64,000 bases of DNA from Octopus vulgaris. Taxonomy: Eukaryota. The stretch spans positions 106,454,001 through 106,518,000 of the forward strand of contig OX597816.1 in assembly GCA_951406725.2 (NCBI GenBank), given 5' to 3'. The position numbers were made by a program, and so were the translations under genes. Every line of letters starts with the position of its first letter. Position 1 is the first letter of the stretch. Of this stretch, positions 14,101 to 28,100 are shown piece after piece. The notes under the pieces were generated by a model that saw nothing but the letters and a program-made list of their open reading frames with translations, did no database searches and was not told where the DNA came from.

Positions 14101-16014
14101 AAGTAAAATTGACTCCTAACAAGTTATGTTATTGCTACTACAATGGTTTCTGTGCCTTGGTCCTACCTACCTCCACCCAACACAGCTATACTATATCTTC
14201 CCTTCCCACTATGCCTGCTCATTCCTCCCCCAAACCTCATCCCTCTGAAATTCCCTTTTCAACTGTTTTTTTTTTTGGTTTCGTTTTTTTTTTACTTTTC
14301 TTGCAGCCATTGACTTACAAATATTCTAACTCAACATCTATATCAAGCTCACCAATTTCAAAGAAACTGCAGCAGAAAGCCATGAACATTGCTTTTCCTA
14401 ACTGAACTAAAAAAAATATTTATTTTGCAAATAAAAAAACATAAGCATTAAAAAACAACAAAAAAAAAGGCCAATGGACATGGATGGTTAATCGAGTTGA
14501 TGGTACATGGTGAAAGGCAATTTCATCATCTTTGTCAGAAGTAGAGGGAGAAAGACATCCTGTAATTGATTGGATCATAAACATTCCAGCATTCAGGGTG
14601 CGCCAGACAAGAGATTAAAGAGCCATTGGAAAAATAAATAAAACAACACTTGAGACATCAGGATTCTCATCCTGTCTTAATTTTGAGCTAGTTGTTGCTG
14701 TCACTAAACCCTCAGACCTTCCTTGTAAGGTTTTATTATCACTCTCCGCCATTACAACAACTACCATTGTCTTCATAGACCACAGAAGTGTTTATGTACA
14801 TGTATACAAGTCATACACTTAAACAAATAAAATGGAGAATTAAAAGCTATTAGGTAGACAATTATGTCATGAACTGTATCTCTCACACAAACAGATATTC
14901 AAATTAGAAATCAGCTAATTGTTTGATATATATTGCCATAGATACTGAGGGTAATGAAGGAACTAAACACTAAATTGAAAACAATACAACAAAACATGAT
15001 TATTTACAAGTTGAAGTACTTCACACTTCAAGTTCAAAAATAGTTTCACTATGAGCAAAAAACACACATATATACACAGAAAACAAACACACACACATTT
15101 TACATCCATTTGTCTATGATTACATTGATAGGATGGGTTATTTGTTTGTTTTTTTAGCAATTACTTTTATAACCGGATGCTAGCAGAGGTACAACAGACT
15201 GACCTTAGTTATATGGAACTCTTGGTCATATATGTGCTTAGTAGTCTAGCAACACATTAACTTCAGCCATCATTGCACCTAATCATTATGGTGCACTTTG
15301 TAATTATCCGCCACATAAAATAAATATGTAGGCATGGATATGAGGTAAGAAGTTTGTTTTCCAACCTCATGGTTCTGGATTCAGTCCCAAATTGTGACAA
15401 GTGTCTTCTATTGTAGGCTTGGGTCAACCAAAGTGGATTTGGCAGACAGAAACTGAAAGAAGCTTTGTGTACGTGTGTGTGTGTGTGTGCATGTGCACAC
15501 ACACACACACACATGCCTGTATTTGTCCCTCACCACTGCTTGACAACAGTTTAGCAGAAGAAAGCAATAGAGTAAGTACCAGGTTTTAAAAAATGTAAGT
15601 ACTGCGGTCTATTCATGTTCACTAAAATTCAAGGCAGGTGCGCCTGCATGGCCACAGTCATTAGACTGAAACAGGTAAAAAATAGAAGTACTCGTGTGGT
15701 GCCATGTAAAAGCATCCAGCACACTCTGAAAGGTGGTTGGCATTAGAAAGGGCATCCAGCCATAGAAAGCATGCCAAAACAGATTGGAGTGTAGCTACCC
15801 AGCTTCAGTTACAACCCATTTAACAGATGTTAAATGATGATGATATATACAGACATGACATGGTCTTCCATCTTGTTGGATCATGTTGGACCAACCAACC
15901 CAACTCAACATGGAAAACATGCATAAAATGATATTAACTTTCTGTTTAGGGTTGACTGTTGGAAAAAAAACCCAAAGATTACTCAATGCATAGTAGAGAT
16001 TGATGGTACATTTT

Positions 16015-16156
16015 ATTTTGGCTGAGTCAGTCTCTTACTACCCTGAGTTTCACCTATGGGTGCACAGGGTCTTCAAGCAAGTCATGTCTATTGTAACTTG
16101 CCTAGAGGCCCTGTGCATCCACAGGTGACACATTAAGAGACTGACTTGACCAAAAT
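16015..16156. repeat. About 140-bp imperfect palindrome (MITE-like)
   Basis: ATTTTGG..AGTCAGTCTCTTA / TAAGAGACTGACT..CCAAAAT and TCACCT..GCACAGGG / CCCTGTGC..AGGTGA. Confidence 0.8.
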
Positions 16157-16254
16157 GATATATATATTACTAGCTGAGTCTGCCAGAAGGGACAGAGTGC
16201 ATGGCTCTTGCAGACCCTCCAAGACTGATGAAGTTCATGCCATTAATTAATGTT

Positions 16255-16780
16255 TCATTTCAATTGCTGTAGGTCAATGCCTACAAGAAAGACATGAGCG
16301 AGGAAGAGATTCCAGAGAGATGATGTTCTGAAGAAGGACTGGAATTAATATTTAGTGTGGAAAAATGAGAGCTGGATATACGAAAGGAGACAAGAGATGG
16401 CAAGATGAGTGGATCAAGTAATCCTGAGAGCTGGAGGTAAAAGATCAGCTAGAGCTATGAAGTAGAGACCATTATAGTAGAGATAGAAAAGACAGAAAGA
16501 GAGATGATAGTACACCTGTGTGCCAGAGGCAAGAGTGTGTTAGTTAGTGATGGGATACCAATCGACTGAATGGCTCTTTTTTGGGTGTGCTCCACAATGT
16601 CAGTGCACATAGCAACATCATAATCCCAAATGTGGATACTATATTCCATTGTGGTCTTCACCCAGTCTTGTAGAATGTCAACAGCTGATGGGAGCTGAAA
16701 TATCTTCTGGTCCTAAAGACAAGTGCTAGTCTTAAGGATGCAGTCCTAGCTGTGTTAGGATATGTTTTTGCCAAGAGGTA
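16255..16780 (-). mobile_element. Decayed CR1/L2/Jockey-group LINE 3' region
   Basis: ORF 16455-16661, TMEYSIHIW...QKRAI..IG..L.PLAHR...SLS.F, matches the post-RT motif P.MEYC.HIW...Q.RA...L.HRR.V.SL. Confidence 0.7.
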
Positions 16781-19700
16781 TCCTTGGTGGTAGAGAAGCC
16801 AAGCATTTGAAGCACCTGGAGGCACTAGCTGAGTGCCACTCATGATTTAGAGGGAATATGGTGCAATAATGGTTTTTTTGGTTTTGTTTTGATATGAGTA
16901 ATGTTCAAGTCTTTTGCTGTTGAGACAGATTTGGCATGGCCTCACCAGAGGATGTTCCCAAAGATGTTTATGGAATCAACAGGAAAATAAAAAGAATGAA
17001 AAGGATGCATTATCTCTTTACATGTTTAGGAACCACTCCCAAAATCACAATACTACTGAATGCAAGTTCTGTTATTTCACTCATTTATCAGACAACAATT
17101 TGGAGTCACAGCCCATTTTGTTGAAGCAGACTTGAAGATGATGATGGAGCAACCATTTTAATTCAGTATAAAAACTGAACATTTGTATTAGAATTCCAAC
17201 TTTTAGAGGTGCTACCACCATTGTAGCATAAAAATGTGTACTTTTATATTATCCAGTATAGCAGAGTTGTTATATTTTGGGCACATCCACTATTCAGGGC
17301 TAATATCAAATGTACTCAGTCCTTAAAATATACTTCAGGACTTCCATCATAGCTTAACTTTGAGCACCCAACATGTTTCACCTCACTATACCAAGTACTA
17401 AGAACAATGGTGATATTTCCTGATGCTTATTTTCTTGGATTTGCGTTACAAGAAATTGTCATTCTTTTAAGTAGAATTTTAGTCAAGATAATTATTTTTT
17501 AAAATTTCAGCAGACATGATAAATAAATTGAAATATTTTATTTCTTCTTAAAGAAAAATTAAACATTAACCTGATTAGCAATTCAGTTTCAAATTTTGAG
17601 CTTCGTCACAATACCTCATATAATTATTAACAAGTCAGAAGAGAAGTAGACTAATGGAATCCTGCATGATTCATTCAAGTCTACTAAAAATTCTGAAAAT
17701 GTTTCTGTAACTACTAACCAAAAGAAGGTTAGGTCATTATAAGCCTATGAATGCATCAGTAAATATTTAGAAGATTATGAAACAAAACTACAACAGAGGA
17801 CAATGGAAAATTAATCTTTCAACAAGATTTGAGAAAAATAAGTTTTATTTGCTATGAAATTTTCACTGAAAGAAAGATGTTTCTGCTATCCAAAAATGAA
17901 CTCAAAATTTTCTATAGTTTTAAGAAGTGAGGATTAAAAATGACCAAGTGCATATGATTTACAGTATTGTTAATGATATTTTATAATAAACTTATCAACA
18001 AAGTGCTTAAACTATTCCATACAAATATTACCACCACCCTACTAGCATAAAACTCTTCATGAAATGACCAATGACGTTACATCATCATCATGTCCATTGT
18101 CCTAAAAAAAAGTCATAATTCTCAGTTCAAATCCAGCCATACTCAAATTCACCTTTCATCTTTCCTTGAGGGATACTAAAAGTACCAGTTCAATACTGAG
18201 ATTGATGCTATCAACTATACTTCCCTAAGAGAGGGGTCATGACCTCATGTACGATCAGATATCATTACTACAATGTAGCAGCCATAAACAAACCAAGAAA
18301 TAATCATTAATTCTACATAGAATCAAGTTCACAAATCAAGTGACTTCTAAAAACAGGGAAAAAAAAGTCCTTAAACGTTTATGCATAATAGTCAGATTCA
18401 CAATGCAAGAAGGCACTAAATAGATGTAACAGAAAATACATTTTTCATATCATAATTAAAAAATAGAATTTAAAATACATTTTCAATTGCCTAGTTCTTA
18501 GTAATTTCTTTATTTCACACACTACTTAGTCTAGCAGTTTTACTAAGCATGATATGTCGTATATATAAATAAGCTAAATAGCTAACCTCTGAATGAAGTA
18601 ATTAACACCTACTATCTCACAAACAGTGGTTACATCTACATTTAAGTAACAAACCTGTATACTGAGCAGTTAGTTTTATAGCTTCTTAGGTGTCTCTTGA
18701 GAGCTTTGAGAGATGTATGCGTGTGTGTCTAGACTCTTCATAGAAAGTTTCTCTATGTGAAGTTCATGAGGAGTCTAAAACTCTCCACAACTGCTGTCAG
18801 GATACTTGTGACTTAATATAGAATCATGACAGAGGATGATGAGTTACACACTTAACAACATAAAAAACAGATGGCAACAACACTTTCAGCTTACTCTTTG
18901 CAAAAAAAATAAATAAATAAAATGGAATTGCCAGCTATAATTCTGTACAATAAACTCCATTTAATAGCAAATTTGATTTGCTAATAACACTCTTCTGGAT
19001 TTTATGCAGTCAATAGTTTGCCACTAAAGCTTCTACTGTATGATGTAATCATAGGAAGCACTTGATAATCACCAAACTGACAACGTTTGTTCATTAGTAA
19101 GACACACCATTTATAACTTATCATTCTAAACATTTTCCCCATTTCTCATAACTGGGTCACTTTATATTTTTCCCCAGATCTAAACTTAAAGCAGAATATT
19201 TATAAAAAAAGGTATCTACCTTCCCCAAAATAAAATCACTCAAGATATTTTGTAATTGGAAGTGAGGTTGGCATTGTTTTGCTTTGTGTTTTGTTTTTTA
19301 ACTTTAATTTTTTCCATTTTATTAAAGCCTGAGAAGATTATATGAATTCGTTTATATTTATTAGTTACTGTCACAAAAAAATTTCAAAACAGCACCCCTT
19401 TAATTCCATCTGCCCAACCACAGAGCAATTGGTAGCACCTTTTTTCTCTTTTGTTTCAAATAAAATTAACTAAAATAAGCAAAATATAAGGACTGGGGTT
19501 GAAAAGCACCAATCAAATTACTGAAATGGAATGAATGAATTGGCTAATTAGAACTTTAAAAAATTCCAGGATAATGTAATAAATGAATATACAGGAGACT
19601 AAAATTTGAATCAATACTCCATCTTAAAATATTTAGAACCATACTATTTTTGTTCTTCCAATTCAGTTGTTAAAGTAGAAATAATAAAGAAATCAATATG

Positions 19701-20334
19701 TACTAACAGATAGGTGTTGTTAAACACTAAAAAAAATCAGAAGTTTTCCTAGCAATTAACTTACTACTGTCACAACTACCAATAAATAGTCTTAAATATT
19801 AAGGGACAGTAAAGTTCCAGTCATGCCACTGTCTTAATGGGAGAATGCTATACATCTAAACTCTACTTCACTAAAAGCAATGTTCTAATCACAGTCTCAT
19901 AATACAACAGAATATAAAAGAGGAAAAGAAAAAAGATAAATATATTAACTACAAGATTAGCAATTAAGTGTAAATTTTTGACCTGTACTGTAAATGTTAG
20001 GGGGAAATCCTAGCCATGTTAATAAAAGATTCATCTAAAAGGTTTTCAGGTCATAACCTGAATTAGATTTTAATGTTATCTGTCAGAATAATATATTCAT
20101 AAATGAGTTTGGAACACCAGTTAATACTCCCTCTCACAGATGTTACATGATTACTGAGCTTAAGCTGATGAGGAATTCAATGAAATGAGTCAAAAATAGA
20201 AAAAATTCAAATTTAAATTCTGCTGAATGAAATATTGTGATAATCACCTGAAGCAGAAAAATTGGGACGCGAGGGTGGGATGTTAAAAAAATAAACAAAC
20301 ACACTGTAGGGCATCTGAATGATTACTATATCAA

Positions 20335-20522
20335 CCTTTTTTGTTAAATGCAATGTTTTGAATTAATCATGAATTATCTTGTACCTTCAAGACTTTGATG
20401 ATGTGGTAGTTTATTTTTAGAATGATATTGTAGGGTAGCTGTGAGAGGTCTGATCTGGCCAGTTTGAACATAAAATAGATACAATATTTTGACCACCTAT
20501 GACCAATTTAAATGCTACAGGG
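20335..20522. mobile_element. piggyBac-like MITE, same family (partial)
   Basis: Internal similarity to 10886-11106; ends AATGCTACAGGG|TTAA. Confidence 0.65.
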
Positions 20523-22139
20523 TTAAGCCATTATTGTTAGAGCAGTGGGTTGGCATAATTGGTAAGGAGAAAGATATTTGCAAGGATATTAATACCATCC
20601 CATTGTGTTCAAAGTTTAAACACTGACATAATTGACTTTGCTTTTCATCTTTCCCAGGTCAATAAACTACGTACCAGTCAAGTGTTGAGATAGATTTAAT
20701 TAACTATATCCCTCATCCAATTAATTATTGCCTTGTGTTTTAGTCAGAAATTAAATTAGCACTGTTACATCAATGAAAATAGGGTCTCTAAATTTATTTG
20801 TGCTATTTTTTTAGCAATAATGATCCTTTGAACACCTCCAAAAATCTTACAAAATATTTTTTTAATATAAAGAAGGTACAGTAAGTGATAGGTACCAAAC
20901 TTTCTTATGTGAGCATGTAGAATAAAACTATAGACAGAGAAGACAGGAGCCTGAAAATTTAGAGTTATTGTATAATGCTCTAAATATTTATTTATCAGCA
21001 ACAATGTATTAATACCAAAAGGTAATATTTATCCGTACTTAAATGTGGATGTTGTTAGAACAAACTATACTGTGGTAGTTACCATGAGAGAAGCTTTCAT
21101 ATTGGCTTTTGGTCCAAAATACATTCTTGTTTACACTGCTAGCAAGGAGATAAGTCCCCACCACCTCCAGCACTGAAACCACCAGATCATGTGATTTTGA
21201 CCTTCCTTGGTCTTGTAAATGATAGACACTTAACCACTAGAGATAGCAGTGATTCATCTCCCTGCCAGCAATATATAGAATGACAGTGCCGGAATAGATG
21301 CTGTTGTCACGATTAGCGAGTGAGCTTGTTAAAAAGATATAAAAAATATGTTCTGAATAGGATATTACTATTCAATTGAAAAATAGCAACTCTACAAGTC
21401 AGTATTAGTAAGAGCATTGAGGCCAAAGATACTTGATCTAAATATTTATAGAACTATAAAATACTTGATCCAAATAGACATATACTCATGTGGAGTCCAC
21501 TGTCCATCCAATAAGAACAATAAATATAAATAGCTAAGATAAACACTGTAGCAAAGGTATTCACAACAGAAACTAACATAATAACATTTCCCCCCATAAG
21601 AGAATACTGCATCCAATATCACAGCCCCAGATCATGTAGTTCTTGATCAAAGGTATTCCAGCCATAACCATCATGCTTTTTCTGGTGGGGGTTAGGTATA
21701 GAATACCTAAGACATTATCCAATATGCCCTTCCTTTTTGAAGAGCATATTGGATGAAGGGGATTTAGATGCTATTTCTCTAAAGTGACCTCACAGAAGTT
21801 TCTTCAGTGGCTCAACAAATAAAGACAGCTGTTTAATCCTAGATCAACTCTAATTGAGTAGGCCTATGATCAAAGGTGTTCCAGTTATAACAATTACGTC
21901 CTTTTATTTCAGGTTTAGTCTAAGTCTAGTAGTGGTACTCAACATTGTCTTTGTGTTAAATATATACAGATGCTCAGACTTAGGACCTCTCATATTGAGA
22001 GATTAATGAATCAGCAAACTTCTCCCAATCTGGTCAATTTGCTGCAATACTTTCTGATCCTGTCCAGCTGGTCCTCATGCATTTAAGGTCCTCCTGGAAT
22101 GTCCAAAACCAAGAGTGCTTGAACTAGCCTTTTGTCCTA

Positions 22140-22350
22140 TTTCCTTATTCCCGACTTCATGTTTGGCTGTGAAACTTGGAAAATGCTAGTGAAGGTCACC
22201 AAGAAGCTGGACACATTCTACCAGCTATGCCAATAGAAGATCCTCGAGTCACCATGTGAGATAGAAAAGATAGAATTACAAATGAGGAAATTCTTCTGGA
22301 AAACAAAACCAGCCACTGCAGATCACAGTGGCGTGAAAGACAAGATAAAT
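22140..22350 (+). mobile_element. Old RTE-like LINE ORF fragment
   Basis: Translates with disruptions to FGCETWK...KKLDTFYQLC..KIL...DRITNEEIL, an RTE post-RT motif. Confidence 0.7.
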
Positions 22351-22954
22351 TTTAGTTTCAATAAAAAAAGATAACCCACCATATATATAATATGTACATG
22401 TATATCCATTCATTTTACATCCATTTTTCCATGCTAACAAGGGTTAGGCAAATGCATATTAAGGTATTGCTTTTACAGCTGGATGCCTTTCGTTGCATAA
22501 ACTTCTAACTGCTTTTAAGCAAGCAATTTTATTTTTATCCCACTTGCTTTCAAAAACACAAAGCTAGAAGATAATTTTGTTTACAGGCAATGTCAAAAAT
22601 GTTTTTAGTTCATATATATATATATATATATGGAATGTGTGTGTGTGAGCACATTCATGTTTCTAAGCTTAACATTATGCACTAATTGTAAATAAATGCC
22701 ACTATAACATGAATGGTGTCACTTGTTTACAATCTTCTGTGAAAACGTCTGACAATTGCATTTTTTTATGTTCAAAGGACTATGCAAAATATTACCTTAC
22801 ACGAAAACAGATGAGAGTTGGTGACAAGACGAGGACCCAACCACAGAAAATATGCGTCATGAATTCCATCTGACTCATGCCAACATAAAAAGTATGCATT
22901 AAAATGATGGTGCTCCATATAAACTATATGTGGGTATGTAAGTGTGTTTTAAAA

Positions 22955-23363
22955 GAAAAACTGGGTATAAAAGACATCAGCTGAAGTGTGCATGAGAGAC
23001 GACTGTGCTGGTATGGTCATGAGATGCATATGGATAAGGACAGTTGCATAAAGAAGTGCCAATCTCTAATTATGGTGAAATATGAACTTCAGTTGTTGAT
23101 AAGTGACCAAGACTTCTGGCTGTTTGCTGTGCTAGAGAAGAAATGTAAAGCTAAATGAAATCATGGTCATGGACAGTACCAAAGGCATCAGTGCCAGTGA
23201 CACATAAAAGACACCCAGTACACGCTGTAGAGTGGTTGGCATTAAGAAGGGCATCCAGTCACAGAAAGCAAACCAAAACAGATGACTGGAGCAGCTCTAG
23301 TTTACCAGCTCAGGTCAAACCCATACTAGCACTGAAAATAGGCGTTAAGTGATGATGATGATA
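22955..23363 (+). mobile_element. Degenerate RTE 3' end
   Basis: GAGAGACGACTG..CTGGTATGGTCATG motif, internal deletions, and the same terminal segment with a GAT tail. Confidence 0.7.
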
Positions 23364-24127
23364 ATTTATATATATAATTATAGGATGTACAGATATGCCA
23401 TACAGTCCTCTGCAAAACAGAAAGATCATTTGTGTGGGAGAGAAAAGAAAGGGAGAGAGAAGATTAAAGAGAAACTGTGTGATAAAAATAGGTTTGAATT
23501 TCATATCACAAAATGACACATTTTAGAATGTTGCAGTTTCTGTGACTATCCCTCTTTCTCAAACTTCCACCAACTACAGCATCCAGTTTTTCAACATTGC
23601 TTTTTTAATGTTCTGTTTCATCTCAGACCTAGGATTTATTTTGTTCAGGCATTATTCTCGAGTTGCAACTGGTTCACTGCGCAAAATTTCGTAAAGATTT
23701 GTTGAGAAATGACAACATTGTTACAAAACAAACAAACATTCTTTTCAAGAAAGTAATGTATGATGCGAGGGATGTCTGGCTGCTATTTCAGACAAGTTGA
23801 ACAAGCACAAAGGCTTCTTTGTTGGCTGAACAAAGCCTCACTGTGTACAAGTGCTCATAAATACCAATTCAGGAAGTGAACCATTTTGAGTTAATCCTTT
23901 TCCATTATATTATTTCTGTACTAGTACAAGTTTAACTTTTCAGATTTTCTTAATATTTCTGTTTCAACTGTTCGCTGGATCATCTTATTCCAATATTATT
24001 TCACCTTATAGTGATGTGACTAGTGGCACAGATTATTCCTTTCTCCTTATTTATTCCTAAAAGATTACATATGCCTTGATAAGGAATGGGTTAAAAAACA
24101 AAAAATTACATACACACACACAAATAT

Positions 24128-24327
24128 ATCATCATCATCATCATCATCATCGTTTAACGTCCGTTCTCCATGCTAGCATGGGTTGGACGGTTCGACCGGG
24201 GATCTGGGAAGCCAGAAGGCTGCACCAGGCTCCAGTCTTATCTGGCAGTGTTTCTACAGCTGGATGCCCTTCCTAACGCCAACCACTCCGTGAGTGTAGT
24301 GGGTGCTTTTTACGTGCCACCTGCACA
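24128..24327 (-). mobile_element. RTE 3'-terminal fragment (CpG-intact, probably young)
   Basis: (CAT)n followed by CGTTTAACGTCCG...CTGGATGCCCTTCCTAACGCCAACCACTCCG. Confidence 0.75.
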
Positions 24328-24328
24328 G

Positions 24329-24360
<32 letters not shown>

Positions 24361-24605
24361 ATACTTTAATCAGTTTCAGTCATTAAACTGTGGCCATACT
24401 GAGGCATCACATCCTATGATATAGTTGATTTTTTTTGACTCAAGTACATTTTTTATACTATTTTATCAGCCTCAAAAGGATGAAAGTTAAAATGGAAATG
24501 TGCAAGACTTGCACTCAATAGAAAATGAAATAGCACAAGTTATTTTATTCATTGGCATACTGATTCAGCCATATAGATAGAGAGAAAGTGAGGAGTCAGG
24601 GAGAT

Positions 24606-24624
24606 GAGTGTGTGTGTGTGTGTG

Positions 24625-24687
<63 letters not shown>
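24606..24687. repeat. Compound microsatellite (GT)n(TA)n(CA)n, self-complementary
   Basis: Read directly from the sequence. Confidence 0.95.
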
Positions 24688-24691
<4 letters not shown>

Positions 24692-25020
24692 CACAACTCT
24701 AATTGCTGATCTCATATATACAATTAATTTCAATTCTGATTTTTAAAATTACATCACAATGAGACCACACAAACTTATATACACTGAGGTTTGTAATTCA
24801 TATGATTTACAGTGCCTTTTACAATGAAAATGCTAGACCAACCAATGAATGGGACCACAATATTAGATCTTTATATTACAAGAATAGCTTTCAGCTGCCA
24901 TGCCAATCGTATTGGTAATGATGACTACATTGCTGATAGGGTTATTGAGAATTAAAATAGTGAAATTTTGAAGTAAATTCACACCTGGGTTCTTGATAAT
25001 GAGAAGCTTGAACAAAGATG

Positions 25021-25022
<2 letters not shown>

Positions 25023-25096
<74 letters not shown>

Positions 25097-25108
25097 GTGT
25101 GTGTGTGT
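25023..25108. repeat. (TA)n microsatellite followed by (GT)n
   Basis: Read directly from the sequence. Confidence 0.97.
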
Positions 25109-28100
25109 GGCATGAATTTTATCGCCATGGTTATCAACGATATAATGAACCAATGAAGAAATCTTAATGCAGTTGCACAATCTATTATTAAAAACATAAA
25201 GCAAATCTTCCTCACTTCATACTTCTAGCTTTAAAAATAGGACATGGGATAAATTAGTTCTAGATACACAATACCTGAAACTATGGGAAAGTAATAGCTG
25301 GAAGGTCTTTGATCAAAAGTTTGCTTAACTAAGCCAGACCGGTTGCTAACAAAAGGGATTTCTTTTTCTTCCACTCACCCAGACACACACTAACATCCAT
25401 TTTGCTCGTTTTTTTCAATAACTTGAACCTCAAAGACATTTATATTTTTATAGATCCAAAGCTTAGAAGGAGACCTCCAGTTCTTTGATCAAACTATTAA
25501 GTCAAGTATTTTAACCAAAATTAAAATTTTAAATCTTTAAGAGTTTGCACCAACCAGAATAATAGCATAGTACTGTTTTTTAATTTACATGTCACAGTGA
25601 CATTGTATAACCTATAAACCTCTATACAGGATTTAAAGACATGATTAAAATGCAGGCAAATTATAGAACTAAATAAATATAACAATTAGTGCTTTTCAAA
25701 TCTATCAATATCAAATTGACATGACTCAAAACTGTAAAGAAATATTAACAAGTATGCTAAAATAACCTGTTAGTAAAGTGTGTAACTGTATGCAATCATA
25801 CAGTTTGTGTACGTGTGTGTAACAGCACATATCCATATGTATACATGTGCAAGTGAGCAGGCACAGGTGTGCCCATTTATGATAGAGAGACATAGAGGGA
25901 CATAATGATAGAATAAGCCATTAAGAATTGTGTGCTGTACCTGTAACTTTAAATAGCAATCAAAGTAAAGCAAAGAGTGAACAATAAGTTCACATTTCTG
26001 ACTGAGTAGTGCAGTGTTGTTGACCCACCAGCAACCCACCATCTATCTATTCACCTACATATCTCTCTCTACCCAACAATCAGCAATTCTTTCTGAATGT
26101 CAGTACAAATGAAAACTGGGAATGGTCTCCAGCAACAGAGAATTAACTGATAAAATAACATTCATTAATTTAGTTAACAATAGATTAGTTCTCCATGTTC
26201 TAGCTGAGTCTGATGTATATAATAAGAGTAAAACCACCATGTATGCAACCTAATTATTTTAACCACAACCACTACTACCTCATGCCAACACCAGTAAGGG
26301 AAATGACCATTAACAAGTAACAGCTATGTTTGATATCAATCAAATCTTCCTAAAAACGATTAAATTAGCTAAAAATAAGTTCCAAATTAAAAGTTAAGGT
26401 AAGAGTGGGCAGCAGTGAGTTTGAAAATGTGTGTGCGTGTATGTGTCAGAGAATGAGCTCGATAGTGTAAGGGAGTGTAGGTGTGTGAGCGTGCATGAGT
26501 GAGAGAGTGCACAAGTTTCAAGCAATGTGTGAGTGTGAGTGAATTTGAACAAGAGAATGAGTGTCTCAAATGGGGAGGGGCTTGTGTAACAACATGTGCA
26601 AGTGATACAGTATACATAATAGCAGTGAGTGCAAGTGTGATGTATGCGCAGTGGTACAATATAGATCTGGTAGCAAGTACATTTGTGAGAGATATGATGA
26701 AATTAAAACTTTCAAAAATAAGAGCTCTGCAATGTAACAGTTAAAATAGCAGAATGAAACAGACACATGAGTATTCATGTATTATAAGTACAGTAGCTAT
26801 ATGCTTAAACTACAAGACTTTGGTTGGTATATAAGATCACCTGTTGTTGTAAACATTACTTATCTTTCACATTTTTGAAATAAGGAACTAGACACTACAC
26901 AAACTCAGCATCATTAACCCGAAAATAAGTGGACCTTTGAGCACATTAACACACTGGAAAAAGAAAGCTAAGACTCATCAGAATGCTGAATAAATAAATT
27001 ACTAGTTCTATACACATCTGCACAAAAAAAATTGTGCAAGCAAAGACGAAACAAACAAAACAAAACTCAATATAAAGTGCAAAGTTATGTTGTATCTATT
27101 AATATCACTAACTGTTACCTAGTGACTGTTGCTCTAATCTTCAGGTATACTATCCAAAAATTTGAAGCATGAAATTCAGAGTAACAGTGAGTAAAGTTCC
27201 AGTTTCCAATATATATTCTATCACTTTCAAGTCCCTATTATATATCTGCTCTGAACATATCACAGCTCATTTAAAAACAAAATTTCCTTTTAACCTCCAC
27301 TGTTTTACCAGACATCATGGAGAGACCTCACTTTCTACTTTCCCTGATAAAGTAGACATACCTTTCTTTTAGCTTTAACTTGTTTCTGCCATTAAACTGC
27401 AGTCATACTGGGGCAATACTTTGAAGAATTTAGCCAAACAAATCAACCTCAGTATTCAATTTTTAAAGCTTGGTAGTTATTCTGTCAGTCTCTTATGCTG
27501 AACCATTAAGTTATGGGGGATGTAAACAAATTGTTATCAGTTGTCAAGCAGTGGTGAGGACCAAACACAGATACACACACATATAAGACAGAGATCTTTC
27601 AGTTTCTGTCCACCATATCCACTCACAAGGCTTTGGTCAGCCTGGGGCTACAGTAGAAGATACTTTCCCAAGTTGCCATGCTGTGGAACTGAACCCAAGG
27701 CCACATGGTTGAGAAGCAAACTTCTAATCACACAGCCATATCTGCACCAAGAAATATTTCAGTCATGACAGTCCTCCTTTTTAGGAGTATCTTTGACTAT
27801 ATTATTCAATGTTTTCCTTTATTTAAGTATGGCAGAGTATAATTTGAAGATTTGTCTGCTACTTTTAGGTAAAGAGTGACCACAAAGAGGTTCCCTTGCC
27901 AGCTTTTCGTTAAGCAAATCAGTGACATCTATCCCCCTTTTCCTTGAGTAGTGTGCTAGTCTAATGCATATTTTGTGCATAGGAAAAAAAATTTCAAGTC
28001 AAAACTGCCAGCTAGTATACTCATTAATTGGAGCACCAAGCTATACCTCTTGATGGTTCCTATTTGGTTCCTTGTTGGACTTGGCTATGATCAGGATATG

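Noticed and set aside
20165-20195. CTGATGA...GAAA hammerhead-like core
   Set aside because: Stem I cannot form and stem II is poor.
21240-21330. Minus-strand IAGREM resembling Arp3 IAGRDI
   Set aside because: Flanking residues do not match and a stop follows; chance match.
24863-25215. ORFs with YIYIYI runs; similar cases at 48636-48887 and 55865-56144
   Set aside because: Microsatellite read-through.
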